The translations under genes and the position numbers were made by a program. This document shows positions 48,218-62,042 of a stretch of DNA of 64,000 bases, piece after piece (the stretch's first letter is position 1; the number at the start of each line of letters is the position of its first letter). Source of the stretch: an uncultured Actinomycetes bacterium (lineage in GTDB: Bacteria > Actinomycetota > Thermoleophilia > UBA2241); contig CAVYCN010000002.1 in assembly GCA_963767005.1 (NCBI GenBank), positions 224,001 to 288,000 on the forward strand. The letters are read 5' to 3'. Under the pieces are notes generated by a model. It did not search any database. It saw only the letters and a list, made by a program, of their open reading frames with translations, and was not told the origin of the DNA.

Positions 48218-48951
48218 CCAAGGCGGCACCCGACATCCGCAGGCTGAGCTTCGCGCCGGGCGCCCGGCGCGACGCCATCCTGTCGCCGGCCTACGAGCAG
48301 GCCGCGCCGACCGAAGCGCCGCGCGTGGGCGTGCTCGCCTTGCAGGGCGACTTCCGTGAGCATCGCGCCACGTTCGCGCGGCTTGGCGCGGCGACCGTCG
48401 AGGTGCGCAAGCCGGCCGACCTCGAGCGGGTCGACGGCCTCGCCATCCCCGGCGGCGAGAGCACCACGATCGGCAAGCTCATGACTCACTTCGGTCTCAT
48501 CGCGCCGATCAGGGCGCGCCACGCCGCCGGCATGCCGGTGCTGGGCACCTGCGCCGGGCTCATCACCGTGGCGCGCACCATCGCCGAGGGCGACCAGCCG
48601 CTGCTCGGGCTCATCGACATCGTCGCCCGGCGCAACGCCTTCGGCCGTCAGGTGCACAGCTTCGAGGTCGACCTCGACATGCCGGCCTTCGGGCCGCCGC
48701 CGCTGCGCGCCGTGTTCATCCGCGCGCCCTGGATCGACGCCGTGGGGCCGGGCGTCGAGGTGCTCGCCTCCTTCCAGGGGCACGCCGTGGCGGCCCGTCA
48801 GGGTCACGTGCTGGTCACGGCCTTCCACCCGGAGCTGACGGGTGATACAAGGGTGCATGACGCGTTCCTCGCCATGGTGCGCGCCGCATCGAGCAAGACG
48901 GGGGCGACCGGCTCGCGCGCCGGGTCGCCGACCGAGGAGGTGGTCTCGTAG
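48214..48951 (+). CDS. pdxT: PLP synthase glutaminase subunit PdxT (start approximate)
   Basis: GVLALQG, PGGESTT, GTCAGLI, FIRAP and FHPEL motifs. Confidence 0.93.
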   Translation: MTKAAPDIRRLSFAPGARRDAILSPAYEQAAPTEAPRVGVLALQGDFREHRATFARLGAATVEVRKPADLERVDGLAIPGGESTTIGKLMTHFGLIAPIRARHAAGMPVLGTCAGLITVARTIAEGDQPLLGLIDIVARRNAFGRQVHSFEVDLDMPAFGPPPLRAVFIRAPWIDAVGPGVEVLASFQGHAVAARQGHVLVTAFHPELTGDTRVHDAFLAMVRAASSKTGATGSRAGSPTEEVVS

Positions 48952-49700
48952 TGTCCGGGCACTCGAAGTGGTCCACGATCAAGCACAAGAAGGGCGCGGC
49001 CGATGCCAAGCGGGGCCAGCTCTTCTCAAAGCTCGCCCGCGCCATCATGGTGGCCGCCAAAGAGGGTGGTCCCGATCCGGCCGCCAACGCGACACTGGCA
49101 GCGGCCATCGAAAAGGCACGCTCCTACAGCATGCCGAAGGACAACATCGACCGGGCGATCGAGCGCGGCGCGGGCAAAGAGGGCGGCGCCTCGTTCGAGG
49201 CGATCGTCTACGAAGGCTACGGCCCGAACGGCGTGGCGGTGATCGTCGAAGCCCTCACCGACAACCGCAACCGTTCCGCGGCCGACGTGCGCAACATCTT
49301 CACTAAGCACAACGGCAGCCTCGGCGGACCGGGCTCGGTCGCCTGGATCTTCGAGCGTCGCGGCTCGCTCACAGTCGACGCCGGGCGCTTTACCGAAGAC
49401 GCCGTCATGGAGGCCGCGATCGAGGGCGGCGCCGACGACGTCACGCTCGACGGCGACACCATCCAGATCGTCACCGAGCCGAGCGCGCTGACCGCCGTGC
49501 GCGAGGCCCTCGACGCCGCGGGCATCGAGTGCGAGCAGGTCGAGCTGACCATGATCCCCAAGACCACCGTCAAGCTCGACGAAACCGACGCGCGCAAGAC
49601 CCTGCGCCTGATCGACGCGCTCGAAAGCAGCGACGACGTGCAAGAGGTCTACGCCAACTTCGACATACCCGACGAGGTCCTCGAGGCCGTCGCGGGGTAG
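48951..49700 (+). CDS. yebC: YebC/PmpR family protein
   Basis: MSGHSKWSTIKHKK, YEGYGP and TDNRNR motifs. Confidence 0.96.
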   Translation: MSGHSKWSTIKHKKGAADAKRGQLFSKLARAIMVAAKEGGPDPAANATLAAAIEKARSYSMPKDNIDRAIERGAGKEGGASFEAIVYEGYGPNGVAVIVEALTDNRNRSAADVRNIFTKHNGSLGGPGSVAWIFERRGSLTVDAGRFTEDAVMEAAIEGGADDVTLDGDTIQIVTEPSALTAVREALDAAGIECEQVELTMIPKTTVKLDETDARKTLRLIDALESSDDVQEVYANFDIPDEVLEAVAG

Positions 49701-49772
49701 CCCGCACGCGGCGCGGGGGGTCACAGCGCCCGACGGCGGCCAGCCGGCGGTCAGAGGCCGAGGGGAGAGGTC

Positions 49773-50294
49773 ATGCGACAGGAGCCAACCGACGGACGGC
49801 CCACGGTCGTCCTGGGCATCGATCCGGGCACGGCCAGCACCGGCTGGGGCGTGATCGAGCAGCAGGGCAACAAGATCCGCTCGCTCGGTCACGGCTGCAT
49901 CGTCACGTCGGCGCGTACAGAGACGCCCCTGCGGCTGCGCCAGATCCACGACGAGGTACTCAGCCTTATCGATCGCTTCCAGCCATCGGTCGTCGCGCTC
50001 GAGGAGCTCTTCGTCAACGTCAACGTGAAGACGGCGCTCGCGGTGGGCCACGCCCGTGGCGCCATCATCCTCGCCGCCGGCGAGCGCGACCTGCCTTGCG
50101 TCGACTACACGCCGCTCGCCATCAAGCAGGCCGTGACGGGTTACGGCCGGGCCAATAAGGTACAGGTCCAGGAGATGACCAAGGTGCTGCTCGCGCTGCC
50201 CCGCATCGTGCAGCCCGATCACGCCTCCGACGCCCTGGCCGTGGCGATCACTCACGTGCACACGACCGCGCTGCTCGGAGCGCTGCGCAGGTGA
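49773..50294 (+). CDS. ruvC: Holliday junction resolvase
   Basis: LGIDPG, IKQAVTGYGRA and DHASDALAVA motifs. Confidence 0.95.
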   Translation: MRQEPTDGRPTVVLGIDPGTASTGWGVIEQQGNKIRSLGHGCIVTSARTETPLRLRQIHDEVLSLIDRFQPSVVALEELFVNVNVKTALAVGHARGAIILAAGERDLPCVDYTPLAIKQAVTGYGRANKVQVQEMTKVLLALPRIVQPDHASDALAVAITHVHTTALLGALRR

Positions 50295-50373
50295 GAACGG
50301 CGGGCTATCGGTCCCAGCCCGATCGAGTCGCGGCCGCGACGCGCTCGGGCGCGTCCCCGCGGGGACGCACGTC

Positions 50374-50982
50374 GTGATCGTCTCGCTGCGCGGCTTCGTG
50401 GCCGACGCCGACGCCGAGCGCGTCGTGATCGAGACGGCCGGCGTCGGCTACGCGGTGCTCGTGCCCGGCCGGCTCTCGTCGGACCTGTCGCGTCGCGTCG
50501 GCGACGAGGTCTTCGTGCACACCTACCTGCACGTGCGCGACGACGCCTGGCAGCTCTTCGGCTTCGAGTCGTCGCGCGAGCGGCGCTTCTTCATCACCCT
50601 GATCGGGGTGAACGGCGTGGGCCCCAAGGTCGCCCTCGCCATCATGTCGGCCTACCCGGTCGACGACCTCGAGACCGCCGTCATGCGGGGCGACGACAAG
50701 CGCTTCGAATCCATCCCCGGCATCGGCCGCAAGCTGGCGCAGCGCCTGGTGATGGAGCTCAAGGACAAGGTCGGGGTCGAGCTCGCGGCCGGGCCGGCGC
50801 CGGCGCCCGACGGCGCCGGCCCGGCCGTCGACTCGTTCCTGCAGGCGCGGGTCGCGCTGCAGCACCTCGGCCTGCAGCTGCGCGAGGCCGAGGCGGCCCT
50901 GCAGGGCGCGCCCGACGACACCTCGGTCGAGGAGCTCGTGCGCTACGCGCTGAGCCGCAAGGTCGCCGGGGGCGAGCAATGA
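50374..50982 (+). CDS. ruvA: Holliday junction branch migration protein
   Basis: GVGY, LFGF, VNGVGPK and IPGIGRKLAQR motifs. Confidence 0.95.
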   Translation: MIVSLRGFVADADAERVVIETAGVGYAVLVPGRLSSDLSRRVGDEVFVHTYLHVRDDAWQLFGFESSRERRFFITLIGVNGVGPKVALAIMSAYPVDDLETAVMRGDDKRFESIPGIGRKLAQRLVMELKDKVGVELAAGPAPAPDGAGPAVDSFLQARVALQHLGLQLREAEAALQGAPDDTSVEELVRYALSRKVAGGEQ

Positions 50983-51045
50983 TGAGGCGCCGCGCGACAG
51001 GGGCTCCGGCGCGGGTCCGGCCCCTTGGGTGAGGATGAGCGGGGC

Positions 51046-52077
51046 GTGACCGACGACGACTCGAAACGTCTGGGCGACCCCGCCGAGCTCCCCGACGAGG
51101 GCGAGTTCGACACTTCGCTGCGGCCGCGACGCTTCGCCGACTTCGTCGGCCAGACCAGCGTCAAGGAGCAGCTCCAGATCTTCGTGCAGGCGTCGCGCAA
51201 CCGGGGCGACACGCTCGACCACGTGCTGCTGGCCGGTCCGCCCGGCCTGGGCAAGACGACGCTCGCCGGCATCATCGCCACCGAGCTCGGCGTGAGCATC
51301 CACACGACGTCGGGGCCGGCGCTCGAACGCAAGGTCGACGTCGCCGGCATCCTTACGAACCTGCAGCAGGGCGACGTGCTGTTCGTCGACGAGATCCATC
51401 GCCTGAACACCGCGATCGAAGAGGTGCTCTACCCGGCGATGGAGGACTACGAGATCGACATCATGATCGGCGAGGGCCCGGCGGCGCGCAGCATCCGGTT
51501 GTCGGTGCCGCCCTTCACGCTGATCGGCGCGACGACGCGCAGCGGCCTTCTGACCACGCCGCTGCGCGACCGTTTCGGTGTGACCCAGCGCCTCGAGTAC
51601 TACACCGAACCCGAGCTCGCCGCGATCGTGCGGCGGTCGGCCGGCATCCTCGGCGTCGCGCTCGACGACGAGTCGGCGGTACAGCTCGCCGCCCGCTCGC
51701 GCGGCACGCCGCGCGTGGCCAACCGCCTGCTGCGCCGCGTGCGCGACTTCGCCGAGGTGCGCCACGAGGGCGCCATCGACGTCGAGATCTGCCTGGCCGC
51801 CCTCGAGCTCTTCCAGGTCGACCACGAGGGCCTCGACAAGCTCGACCGCGACATCCTGCTCACCATCGTGCACAAGTTCGACGGCGGCCCCGTGGGCCTC
51901 GACACGCTCGCCGTCGCGCTCGGCGAAGAGGCCGACACGCTGATGGACGTCTACGAGCCCTACCTCATCATGCGCGGCTTTCTCAAGCGCACGCCGCGCG
52001 GCCGGATGGTCACTTCGTCGGGCTTCCGTCACTGCGGCCTCGAGCCGCCCGCCGCGTTCGGCAAGCTCTTCGACTGA
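51046..52077 (+). CDS. ruvB: Holliday junction helicase
   Basis: [18 protein letters not shown] and [11 protein letters not shown] motifs. Confidence 0.97.
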   Translation: MTDDDSKRLGDPAELPDEGEFDTSLRPRRFADFVGQTSVKEQLQIFVQASRNRGDTLDHVLLAGPPGLGKTTLAGIIATELGVSIHTTSGPALERKVDVAGILTNLQQGDVLFVDEIHRLNTAIEEVLYPAMEDYEIDIMIGEGPAARSIRLSVPPFTLIGATTRSGLLTTPLRDRFGVTQRLEYYTEPELAAIVRRSAGILGVALDDESAVQLAARSRGTPRVANRLLRRVRDFAEVRHEGAIDVEICLAALELFQVDHEGLDKLDRDILLTIVHKFDGGPVGLDTLAVALGEEADTLMDVYEPYLIMRGFLKRTPRGRMVTSSGFRHCGLEPPAAFGKLFD

Positions 52078-52190
52078 AGGAGAGCGACGACCGCGTGCGC
52101 CGCGCCCGCGCGCCCGGCGGCCGCCGAGCCCGGCGCCGCGAACGTCGTCGCGGCGCGGCCCGCCGCGACCGCCCGCGTATAATCGCCGGC

Positions 52191-52768
52191 ATGGAGCGCG
52201 TCCTCATGCACGCCTGCTGCGGTCCCTGTAGCACCGTCGCCGTGCCGTACCTGCGGGCCGAGGGGCTCGAGCCCCTCGCCTTCTTCGCCAACCCCAACGT
52301 GCAGCCGCCCGACGAGCACGAGCGCCGGCTCGGCGCCATGCGCCGCTACGCGGCCGCCGCCGAGCTCGAGCTCGTGATCGACCCGGGCGCCGGCGTGCGC
52401 GAGTGGGCGGCGGGGGCGGGGCGCACGGCCGCGCGCCCCGCCCCCGACTCGCGTGAGCGCTGCCGGCAGTGCCTCGAGACGCGCCTCTCCGAGGCGGCCC
52501 ATGCCGCCGCCGCCCGCGACATCGGCCTGTTCTCGACGTCGCTCAGCGTGAGCCCCTGGCAGCATCACGACCTGATCGCGCGGGCGGGCCTCGCGGCGGC
52601 CGCGGCCGCCGGGGTCGAGTTCGTCTATGCCGACCTGCGCCGCGCCTACCCGCGCAGCATCGACGAGAGCCGCCGCCTCGGCCTCTACCGGCAGCGCTGG
52701 TGCGGCTGCGTGGCGGGGCGCTGGGATGCCTGGCACGAGCGCCGGGCGCGGCGCCGAGCGCCCGCTGC

Positions 52769-52772
<4 letters not shown>
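52191..52772 (+). CDS. queH: Epoxyqueuosine reductase QueH
   Basis: HACCGPCS, NPNVQP, RCRQC and LYRQRWCGC motifs; TATAAT 7 nt upstream (leaderless). Confidence 0.88.
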
Positions 52773-55625
<2,853 letters not shown>

Positions 55626-55673
55626 CGGCCGGCCCGATCCGCAGGTGACGCGGCGGTCCCACGACAGTGACGC

Positions 55674-55732
55674 GTGACGAGGGGCGCGGCGGCGGGGCAT
55701 TCGTGATGCCCCGCCGCCGCGCCCCTCGTCAC
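55674..55732. terminator. Long GC palindrome after yajC
   Basis: gtgacgaggggcgcggcggcggggcat-tcgtg-atgccccgccgccgcgcccctcgtcac. Confidence 0.6.
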
Positions 55733-55900
55733 AGGCACAGCCACACGTCCGGCGGCGCCTCGGGCGCAGGTGGCGAGACCGGTCCGGGGCGTGTCGCCGG
55801 CGGACGGCGGGACGAGGCCGTCGCAGGCGTGGTTTTGCAGGGTTTCCCCGGTGCGGCAAGAATGCTAGCAGGAACCGGTCTCGAGACAGGAGCATGACCC

Positions 55901-56659
55901 ATGGCTCAGGTTCTGGCTTTCGCGAACCAGAAGGGTGGCGTAGCCAAGACGACCTCCACCGTCAATCTCGGCGTGGCCCTGACCGAGATGGGCAAGAGTG
56001 TGCTGGCCGTCGACATGGACCCCCAGGGCAACCTGACCATGAGCCAGGGCATCGACCCCGAGAACCTCGAGAAGAGCATGTACGACGTGCTCGTCCACCG
56101 GTTGCCGATCACCGAGGTCATCCTGAGCAACGAGATCGACGTGGCCTGCTCGACGATCGACCTGGCCGGCGCCGAGATGGCGCTGTCCACGCAGATCGGC
56201 CGCGAGCGGGCCCTCGAGAAGGCGCTGCGCCCGGTGCGCGACCGCTACGATTTCATCCTGATTGACACGCCGCCGTCGCTCGGCCTGCTCACCATCAACG
56301 CGCTCACCGCCGCCGAGGGCGTGATCGTGCCGGTGCAGTGCGAGTACCTGTCGTTGCGCGGTCTGCTGCAGCTCGAGCGCACCCTCGAGATGATCCGCGA
56401 GAACATCAACCCGAAGGTGCGCATCAAGGGCATCCTGCCGACGCTGCTCGATTCGCGCACGATCCACGGGCGCGAATCGATCGAGGTGCTGCGCGAGAAC
56501 TTCGGCGCGCTCGTCTTCGACACGGTGGTGCGCAAGACGATCAAGTTCGCCGAGGCGCCCGTGCAGGGCTCCTCGGTCCTCAAGTACGATCCCAGGGGGA
56601 AGGGTGCCGAGGCGTACCGCAGCCTCGCTCGGGAGGTGCTGAATGGCAAATCGGCCTAG
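55901..56659 (+). CDS. ParA/Soj family ATPase
   Basis: [10 protein letters not shown] deviant Walker [16 protein letters not shown] and PVQCEY motifs. Confidence 0.93.
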   Translation: MAQVLAFANQKGGVAKTTSTVNLGVALTEMGKSVLAVDMDPQGNLTMSQGIDPENLEKSMYDVLVHRLPITEVILSNEIDVACSTIDLAGAEMALSTQIGRERALEKALRPVRDRYDFILIDTPPSLGLLTINALTAAEGVIVPVQCEYLSLRGLLQLERTLEMIRENINPKVRIKGILPTLLDSRTIHGRESIEVLRENFGALVFDTVVRKTIKFAEAPVQGSSVLKYDPRGKGAEAYRSLAREVLNGKSA

Positions 56660-57821
56660 CATGCGCGACGGCCTGTCGGAGCTGTTCCGGCGTACCGACG
56701 TCGGTCGCGACCCTGCGCCGCCGGGGGGCGACGCCGACGAGCCGGTCGCGAGGGGCAAGGCCTACGTCACGACCATCAAGGTCGTAGGCGTGGGCGGCGG
56801 CGGCACGAACGCCGTCAACCGCATGGTCGACGCCGGCATCCGCGGCGTCGAGTTCATCGCCGTCAACACCGACTCCCAGGCGCTGCAGGCCTGCGACGCC
56901 GACGTGAAGATCCACGTGGGCCAGGAGATCACGCACGGCCTCGGCGGCGGCGCTGTGCCCGACGTGGGCCGGCAGGCGGTCGAGGTGTCGCGCGACCAGA
57001 TCAAGCAGGCGCTGCGCGGCGCCGACATGGTGTTCGTGACGGCCGGCGAAGGCGGCGGCACCGGCACGGGCGCCGCGCCCGTCATCGCGGCCGTGGCGCG
57101 CGAGATCGGCGCGCTGACCGTCGCCATCGTCACCCGGCCGTTCTCCTTCGAGGGGCGCAAGCGTGAGGCTCAGGCGCAGGCCGGCATCGACGAGCTCAGG
57201 GCGGCGGTCGACACCGTGATCGTCATCCCCAACGACCGCCTCCTGCAGGTGGTCGACCGCACGACCACGATCGTCGAGGCGTTCCGCTACGCCGACGACA
57301 TTTTGCGCCAGGGCGTGCAGGGCATCTGCGACCTGATCACCGTGCCCGGCCTGATCAACCTCGACTTCGCCGACGTGCGCACCATCATGAGAGACGCCGG
57401 CACCGCGCTGATGGGCATCGGCAGCGGCCGCGGCGAGGCGCGCGCCAACGAGGCCGCCCGCATGGCGGTGAGCTCGCCGCTGCTCGAGACCTCGATCAGC
57501 GGGGCACGCGGCATCCTGCTCAACATCACCGGCGGGCGCGACCTCTCGCTCTACGAGGTAAACGAGGCGGCCGGCGAGATCGCCCTCGCCGCCGACGACG
57601 ACGCCAACATCATCTTCGGCGCGGTGGTCGACGAGCGGCTCGAGGGCCTCATGAGCGTGACCGTGATCGCCACGGGGTTCGGCCCAGAGGCCCTGGCCAA
57701 GGCACCGCCGGCACCCTCGCAGCGAGCGATCGAGCCGCTGAGCACGCCCTTCGAGCGGCCGCCCGACTTCGACGCCGGCGACCTCGACATCCCGCCGTTC
57801 GTCCGCCACCCCGACGAGTGA
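56643..57821 (+). CDS. ftsZ: Cell division protein FtsZ with an N-terminal extension
   Basis: [28 protein letters not shown]7 loop, C-terminal DLDIPPFVR peptide. Confidence 0.95.
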   Translation: MANRPSMRDGLSELFRRTDVGRDPAPPGGDADEPVARGKAYVTTIKVVGVGGGGTNAVNRMVDAGIRGVEFIAVNTDSQALQACDADVKIHVGQEITHGLGGGAVPDVGRQAVEVSRDQIKQALRGADMVFVTAGEGGGTGTGAAPVIAAVAREIGALTVAIVTRPFSFEGRKREAQAQAGIDELRAAVDTVIVIPNDRLLQVVDRTTTIVEAFRYADDILRQGVQGICDLITVPGLINLDFADVRTIMRDAGTALMGIGSGRGEARANEAARMAVSSPLLETSISGARGILLNITGGRDLSLYEVNEAAGEIALAADDDANIIFGAVVDERLEGLMSVTVIATGFGPEALAKAPPAPSQRAIEPLSTPFERPPDFDAGDLDIPPFVRHPDE

Positions 57822-57858
57822 CGCAGCTCCGCGTGACCGGCGCGCCCAGGACCCGCCT

Positions 57859-58662
57859 GTGAGCCCGGCTGCCCGGGTCGCGGCGCCACCCGGTCCGCTC
57901 GACGGCCTGCACGTCGACCTCGACGTCTTCGATGGTCCCTTCGACCTGCTCGTCACTCTCATCCTGCGCGACGAGGTCGACCTGTGGGAGATCCGCGTGT
58001 CGCGGATCGTGGCCGAGTACATCCTGCGTCTCGCCGAATCCGACGAGTTCGACATCGACGCGACCTCGCACTTCGTGCTGCTGGTCGCCGGGCTGCTCGA
58101 GCTCAAGTCGCGTCGCCTGCTCGACACCGGCCATCCGTTCGAGGAGCTCCTCGAGATCGACGAGGAGACCGCCGGCGAGGAGCTGCTCGCCACCCTGCTG
58201 CGGTTCGCTCGCTTCAAGGGTGCGGCCGAGCGCCTGCGGGAGCGGTTCGACGAACACGCGGGTCGCATCTACCGCACGGCTCCCGTGCCGGAGCGCTTCC
58301 TGCGGACGGCGAGCGCCGGGCCGGCGCTGCCGGTCGGAGCGCTCGCTCGCGCCCTCGAGGTGCTGCTCGCCGAGCCGCCCGCGCCCGACATGCGCCACAT
58401 CACCGACATCGCCGTCACGCTGGTGGCCGAGCTGCGCCGCCTGCGCGACCTGCTGGCGGCCGCCGAGAGCTTCACGTTCTCCGCGGTCGCGCCGCGCGAC
58501 CGGCTCGAGAAGGCGGTCACGTTCTTCGCGCTGCTCGAGCTGCACAACCGCGGCGAGGTGAGCCTGCGGCAGGCGCGGCCCTTCGCCGAGATCACGGTGA
58601 CACGGGCCGCGGCGCCGGCCGTCGTGCGGCCGCCCGATGACGCGGCCGCCGTGGTGGGGTAG
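57859..58662 (+). CDS. scpA: Segregation/condensation protein A
   Basis: FDGPFDLLVTLI, LKSRRLL and FFALLEL motifs. Confidence 0.9.
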   Translation: MSPAARVAAPPGPLDGLHVDLDVFDGPFDLLVTLILRDEVDLWEIRVSRIVAEYILRLAESDEFDIDATSHFVLLVAGLLELKSRRLLDTGHPFEELLEIDEETAGEELLATLLRFARFKGAAERLRERFDEHAGRIYRTAPVPERFLRTASAGPALPVGALARALEVLLAEPPAPDMRHITDIAVTLVAELRRLRDLLAAAESFTFSAVAPRDRLEKAVTFFALLELHNRGEVSLRQARPFAEITVTRAAAPAVVRPPDDAAAVVG

Positions 58663-58731
58663 GATGGTCGCCTGAGCGACGCCGACCGACTCCCCGCAAG
58701 CTTGCGAGCCTCTGATACCCTCGGACTCCTG

Positions 58732-59307
58732 ATGGACGATATCGCCCGCCGCCTCGAAGCTGTGATCTTCATCGCGCCCCGGCCCGTCGCGCTCGACGAG
58801 CTCGCCGCCGCGTGCGACGAGCCCGGCGAGCGCGTGCGTGAGGGTCTCGAGAGACTGGCGGCAGAGTACGCCGGCGCGCGTCACGGGATCGAGCTTGCCG
58901 AGGTGGCCGGCGGCTGGGCCTTTCGCGTCGCCGCCGACTGCGAGGCGCCGGTCGAACGCTTCGCGGGCGCCCGGCGCCCCGACGACCTCTCGCCAGCCCT
59001 GCTCGAGACGCTCGCCGTGGTCGCCTACCTGCAGCCCACGACCCGCGCCGAGGTCGCTCAGGTGCGCGGCGTCTCGTCGGAGTGGGCCCTGACCTCGCTC
59101 GTCGAGCGCGGCCTGGTCGAGGAGCGCGGCCGCGCGGACACGCCCGGCGCGCCCATCCTCTACGCGACCACCGGACGGTTCCTGCAGCTCTTCGGGCTGC
59201 GCGACCTCGCCGATCTCGACGACCTCGAGGCGTTCGCGCTGTCGGCCGACGAGACCGAGGAGCTGCGCGCCCGGCTGCTGGCCAACGCCGAGCGGAGGCG
59301 ACCGTGA
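58732..59307 (+). CDS. scpB: Segregation/condensation protein B
   Basis: LEAVIF, LETLAVVAYLQP, RGV and LYATT..FL..FGL motifs. Confidence 0.92.
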   Translation: MDDIARRLEAVIFIAPRPVALDELAAACDEPGERVREGLERLAAEYAGARHGIELAEVAGGWAFRVAADCEAPVERFAGARRPDDLSPALLETLAVVAYLQPTTRAEVAQVRGVSSEWALTSLVERGLVEERGRADTPGAPILYATTGRFLQLFGLRDLADLDDLEAFALSADETEELRARLLANAERRRP

Positions 59308-60521
59308 GCGACGAGCCGCGCGACGAGACGCGCGACGATCGGCCGGCGAGCGACCCTCAGGGTGGAGGCGCCGGCGGCGAAAGCGGCGCCGGGCCCGAGA
59401 CGCCGGCCGCGGGCGGCCGCGGGCGCGGTCGCCGCGAACGCGGCGGCCGCGGGCGGCGCGGCCGCGGACGCGGCGAGCGCCACGACGAGCGTCGCGACGA
59501 GCGTGCGGGTGAGCAGGCTTCCGCCGCCCGCGCCGGCGAGCGTCGCGAGGAGCGCGCCGACAACAGCCTCGTCGTCTACCTGGCGCGCTCTGGGGTGGGC
59601 TCGCGGCGCCGTTGCGACGAGCTCGTGCGCGAGGGTCACGTCACGGTCGACGGCGCGCCTGTCACGTTCCCCCGCGAGAAGCTTGCCGAGGGCGTCGAAG
59701 TCGTCGTCGACGGCGAGGTCGTCACCCCCCGCGAGTATCGGTACGTGCTCGTCAACAAGCCGCGCGGCGTCGCCTCGACCCGCTACGACCCGCACGCCGA
59801 CAAGGTGCTGGTCGACCTGGTGCCCGACGGACGCGTGCTGTTCCCGGTCGGCCGGCTCGACCTCGACACGACCGGCTTGATCATCCTCACGAACGACGGC
59901 GTGCTGGCCAACCGTCTCATGCATCCCCGCTACGGCGTCAGCAAGACCTACGTGGCGCGAGTGCGTGGCCAGGCCGGCAAGCGCGCGCTCGGCGAGCTGC
60001 GCGACGGCATCGAGCTCGAGGACGGCCGCACGTCGCCGGCCGAGGTGCGGGTCGAAAAGCAGGCCGGGAAGTCGACCGTGGTCGAGCTCACGATCCACGA
60101 GGGCCGCAAACGGCAGGTGCGGCGCATGCTCGCGGCCGTGGGCCTGCCGGTCGAGGAGCTCCACCGCCGCCGCTACGGGCCGATCACCGACAAGAACCTG
60201 AAGATCGGCGCCTGGCGCACGCTGGCGGGCGACGAGGTCGAGGCGTTGCGCCGCGCGGCCGAGGAAGTCGAGCGTAACCTCGAGGGCGACGACCCCGGAC
60301 AGGCCGTCGATCTGGCCGCCCACGACGGCGAGGCCGCCCGCGGCGCGGCCGTCCGCCACGATCGCCCCGCCGACGGCGCGGACGCCGGCGACGATCCCGC
60401 CGATGGCGACGCTGCCGGCGACAGTCGCCCCGCCGACGGCGCGGACGCCGGCGACGATCTTGCCGACGGCGACGCGGCCGGCGACGCCGGCCCCGACACG
60501 CCCGAGCACGGCCTGACGTAG
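59304..60521 (+). CDS. rluB: 23S rRNA pseudouridine synthase (RluB-like)
   Basis: S4 domain (GSRRRCDE), NKPRGV, GRLDLDTTGL and EGRKRQVRRM motifs; low-complexity termini. Confidence 0.88.
   Translation: MSDEPRDETRDDRPASDPQGGGAGGESGAGPETPAAGGRGRGRRERGGRGRRGRGRGERHDERRDERAGEQASAARAGERREERADNSLVVYLARSGVGSRRRCDELVREGHVTVDGAPVTFPREKLAEGVEVVVDGEVVTPREYRYVLVNKPRGVASTRYDPHADKVLVDLVPDGRVLFPVGRLDLDTTGLIILTNDGVLANRLMHPRYGVSKTYVARVRGQAGKRALGELRDGIELEDGRTSPAEVRVEKQAGKSTVVELTIHEGRKRQVRRMLAAVGLPVEELHRRRYGPITDKNLKIGAWRTLAGDEVEALRRAAEEVERNLEGDDPGQAVDLAAHDGEAARGAAVRHDRPADGADAGDDPADGDAAGDSRPADGADAGDDLADGDAAGDAGPDTPEHGLT
60363..60486 (+). repeat. 63-bp tandem duplication in the rluB 3' tail
   Basis: cgccccgccgacggcgcggacgccggcgacgat... 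at 60363 and 60426. Confidence 0.75.
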
Positions 60522-60591
60522 GCCCCCGGGCGCGAGCGTGGGGCATCGGCTATAATCGCTGTCCGCCCTGCTCGTGGCACCGGAGGGACCT

Positions 60592-60969
60592 GTGATCGAC
60601 GCTCAGAGGACCAGACTGGTCGCCTTGCGCGGCGCGACGACCGTCGACGCCGACTCGCAGAGCGACATCAAGCTGCGCACCGAGGAGCTCCTCACACAGC
60701 TGCTCGAGCGCAACAGCCTGGCGGTCGACGACATCGTGAGCATCCTGTTCACGGCGACGCCCGACCTGCGCTCCGACTTTCCCGCGGCGGCCGCACGGAC
60801 GCTGGGTCTCTCGCACACGCCGCTGCTGTGTGCGCAGGAGATCCCCGTCGAGGGCGCGGTGGAGCGCTGTATCAGGGTGATGATCCACTGCTACGCGCCG
60901 GTGGAGGGCGAGCGCCATCACGTCTATCTGCACGAGGCGCGGCAGTTGCGCCTCGACCTGCCCGCGTGA
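60592..60969 (+). CDS. aroH: Chorismate mutase, AroH class
   Basis: ALRGATTV, FPAAAAR, CIRV, HVYL and LRLDL motifs; TATAAT at 60551. Confidence 0.92.
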   Translation: MIDAQRTRLVALRGATTVDADSQSDIKLRTEELLTQLLERNSLAVDDIVSILFTATPDLRSDFPAAAARTLGLSHTPLLCAQEIPVEGAVERCIRVMIHCYAPVEGERHHVYLHEARQLRLDLPA

Positions 60970-61018
60970 GCGCGGCGGGCACGAGGGCGGCGCGCCGACC
61001 GAGGAGGGACCGCTGAGC

Positions 61019-62035
61019 ATGCTGATCGTCATGCAGGAGGGCGCGACCGACGAGCAGATCGCGCACGTGGTCGCGCGCATCGAAGAGGTCGGCGCGAGCG
61101 CCCACGTGTCGGTCGGCGAGCGCGTCGCCGTGATCGGCGCGCTCGGCGATCGCGAGGAGCTCGCCGGCGTGCCGCTCGAGGCGTGCCCCGGCGTCGACCG
61201 GGTGGTCGCCGTCCTCAAGCCCTACAAGCTCGTCGGTCGCGAGTTCCACCCCCACGACACGGTCGTCGAGGTGCGCGGCAAGCGCGTCGGTGGCGGCCAC
61301 TTCGGCCTGATCGCGGGGCCCTGCTCGGTCGAGACCGAGCAGCAGGTCATGGCCGCGGCGCGCGCCGTGGCCGCCGCCGGCGGCACCATGCTGCGCGGCG
61401 GCGCCTTCAAGCCGCGCTCGTCGCCGTACGCCTTTCAGGGCCTCGGCGTCGACGGCCTCAAGATCCTGGCCGCGGCGCGCGACGAGACCGGCCTGCCGAT
61501 CGTCACCGAGCTCATGGACCCGCGCGACCTCGACGACCTGCTCGAGTTCGCCGACGTCGTGCAGATCGGCGCCCGCAACATGCAGAACTTCCAGCTCCTG
61601 TCCGAGGTGGGGCGCTGCGACGCGCCGGTGCTCCTCAAGCGCGGCCTGGCGGCCACGATCGAGGAGTGGCTGATGGCGGCCGAGTACATCGTCAAGGAGG
61701 GCAACCGCCAGGTGATCCTCTGCGAGCGTGGCATCCGCACGTTCGAGACGGCCACCCGCAACACGCTCGACCTGAGCGCCGTGCCGATGGTGCGCCTGGC
61801 CAGCCACCTGCCGGTGATCGTCGATCCGAGTCACGCGACCGGGCGCCCCGATCTCGTGCTGCCGCTGTCGCTGGCGGCCGTCGCCGCCGGCGCCGACGGC
61901 GTGCTGGTCGAGACGCACCCCAACCCCGAGCACGCGCTCTGCGACGGTCCGCAGTCGCTCCCGCCGGCGGCCTTCGCCGAGTTCGCCGAGCGTGTGGCCG
62001 AGCTGGTCCGCTGGACCGGCAAGGCCCTGTCCTAG
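61019..62035 (+). CDS. aroF: DAHP synthase (type I-beta)
   Basis: IAGPCSVE, GGAFKPRSSPY, IGARNMQN and DPSH motifs. Confidence 0.94.
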   Translation: MLIVMQEGATDEQIAHVVARIEEVGASAHVSVGERVAVIGALGDREELAGVPLEACPGVDRVVAVLKPYKLVGREFHPHDTVVEVRGKRVGGGHFGLIAGPCSVETEQQVMAAARAVAAAGGTMLRGGAFKPRSSPYAFQGLGVDGLKILAAARDETGLPIVTELMDPRDLDDLLEFADVVQIGARNMQNFQLLSEVGRCDAPVLLKRGLAATIEEWLMAAEYIVKEGNRQVILCERGIRTFETATRNTLDLSAVPMVRLASHLPVIVDPSHATGRPDLVLPLSLAAVAAGADGVLVETHPNPEHALCDGPQSLPPAAFAEFAERVAELVRWTGKALS

Positions 62036-62042
62036 GGTCGTC

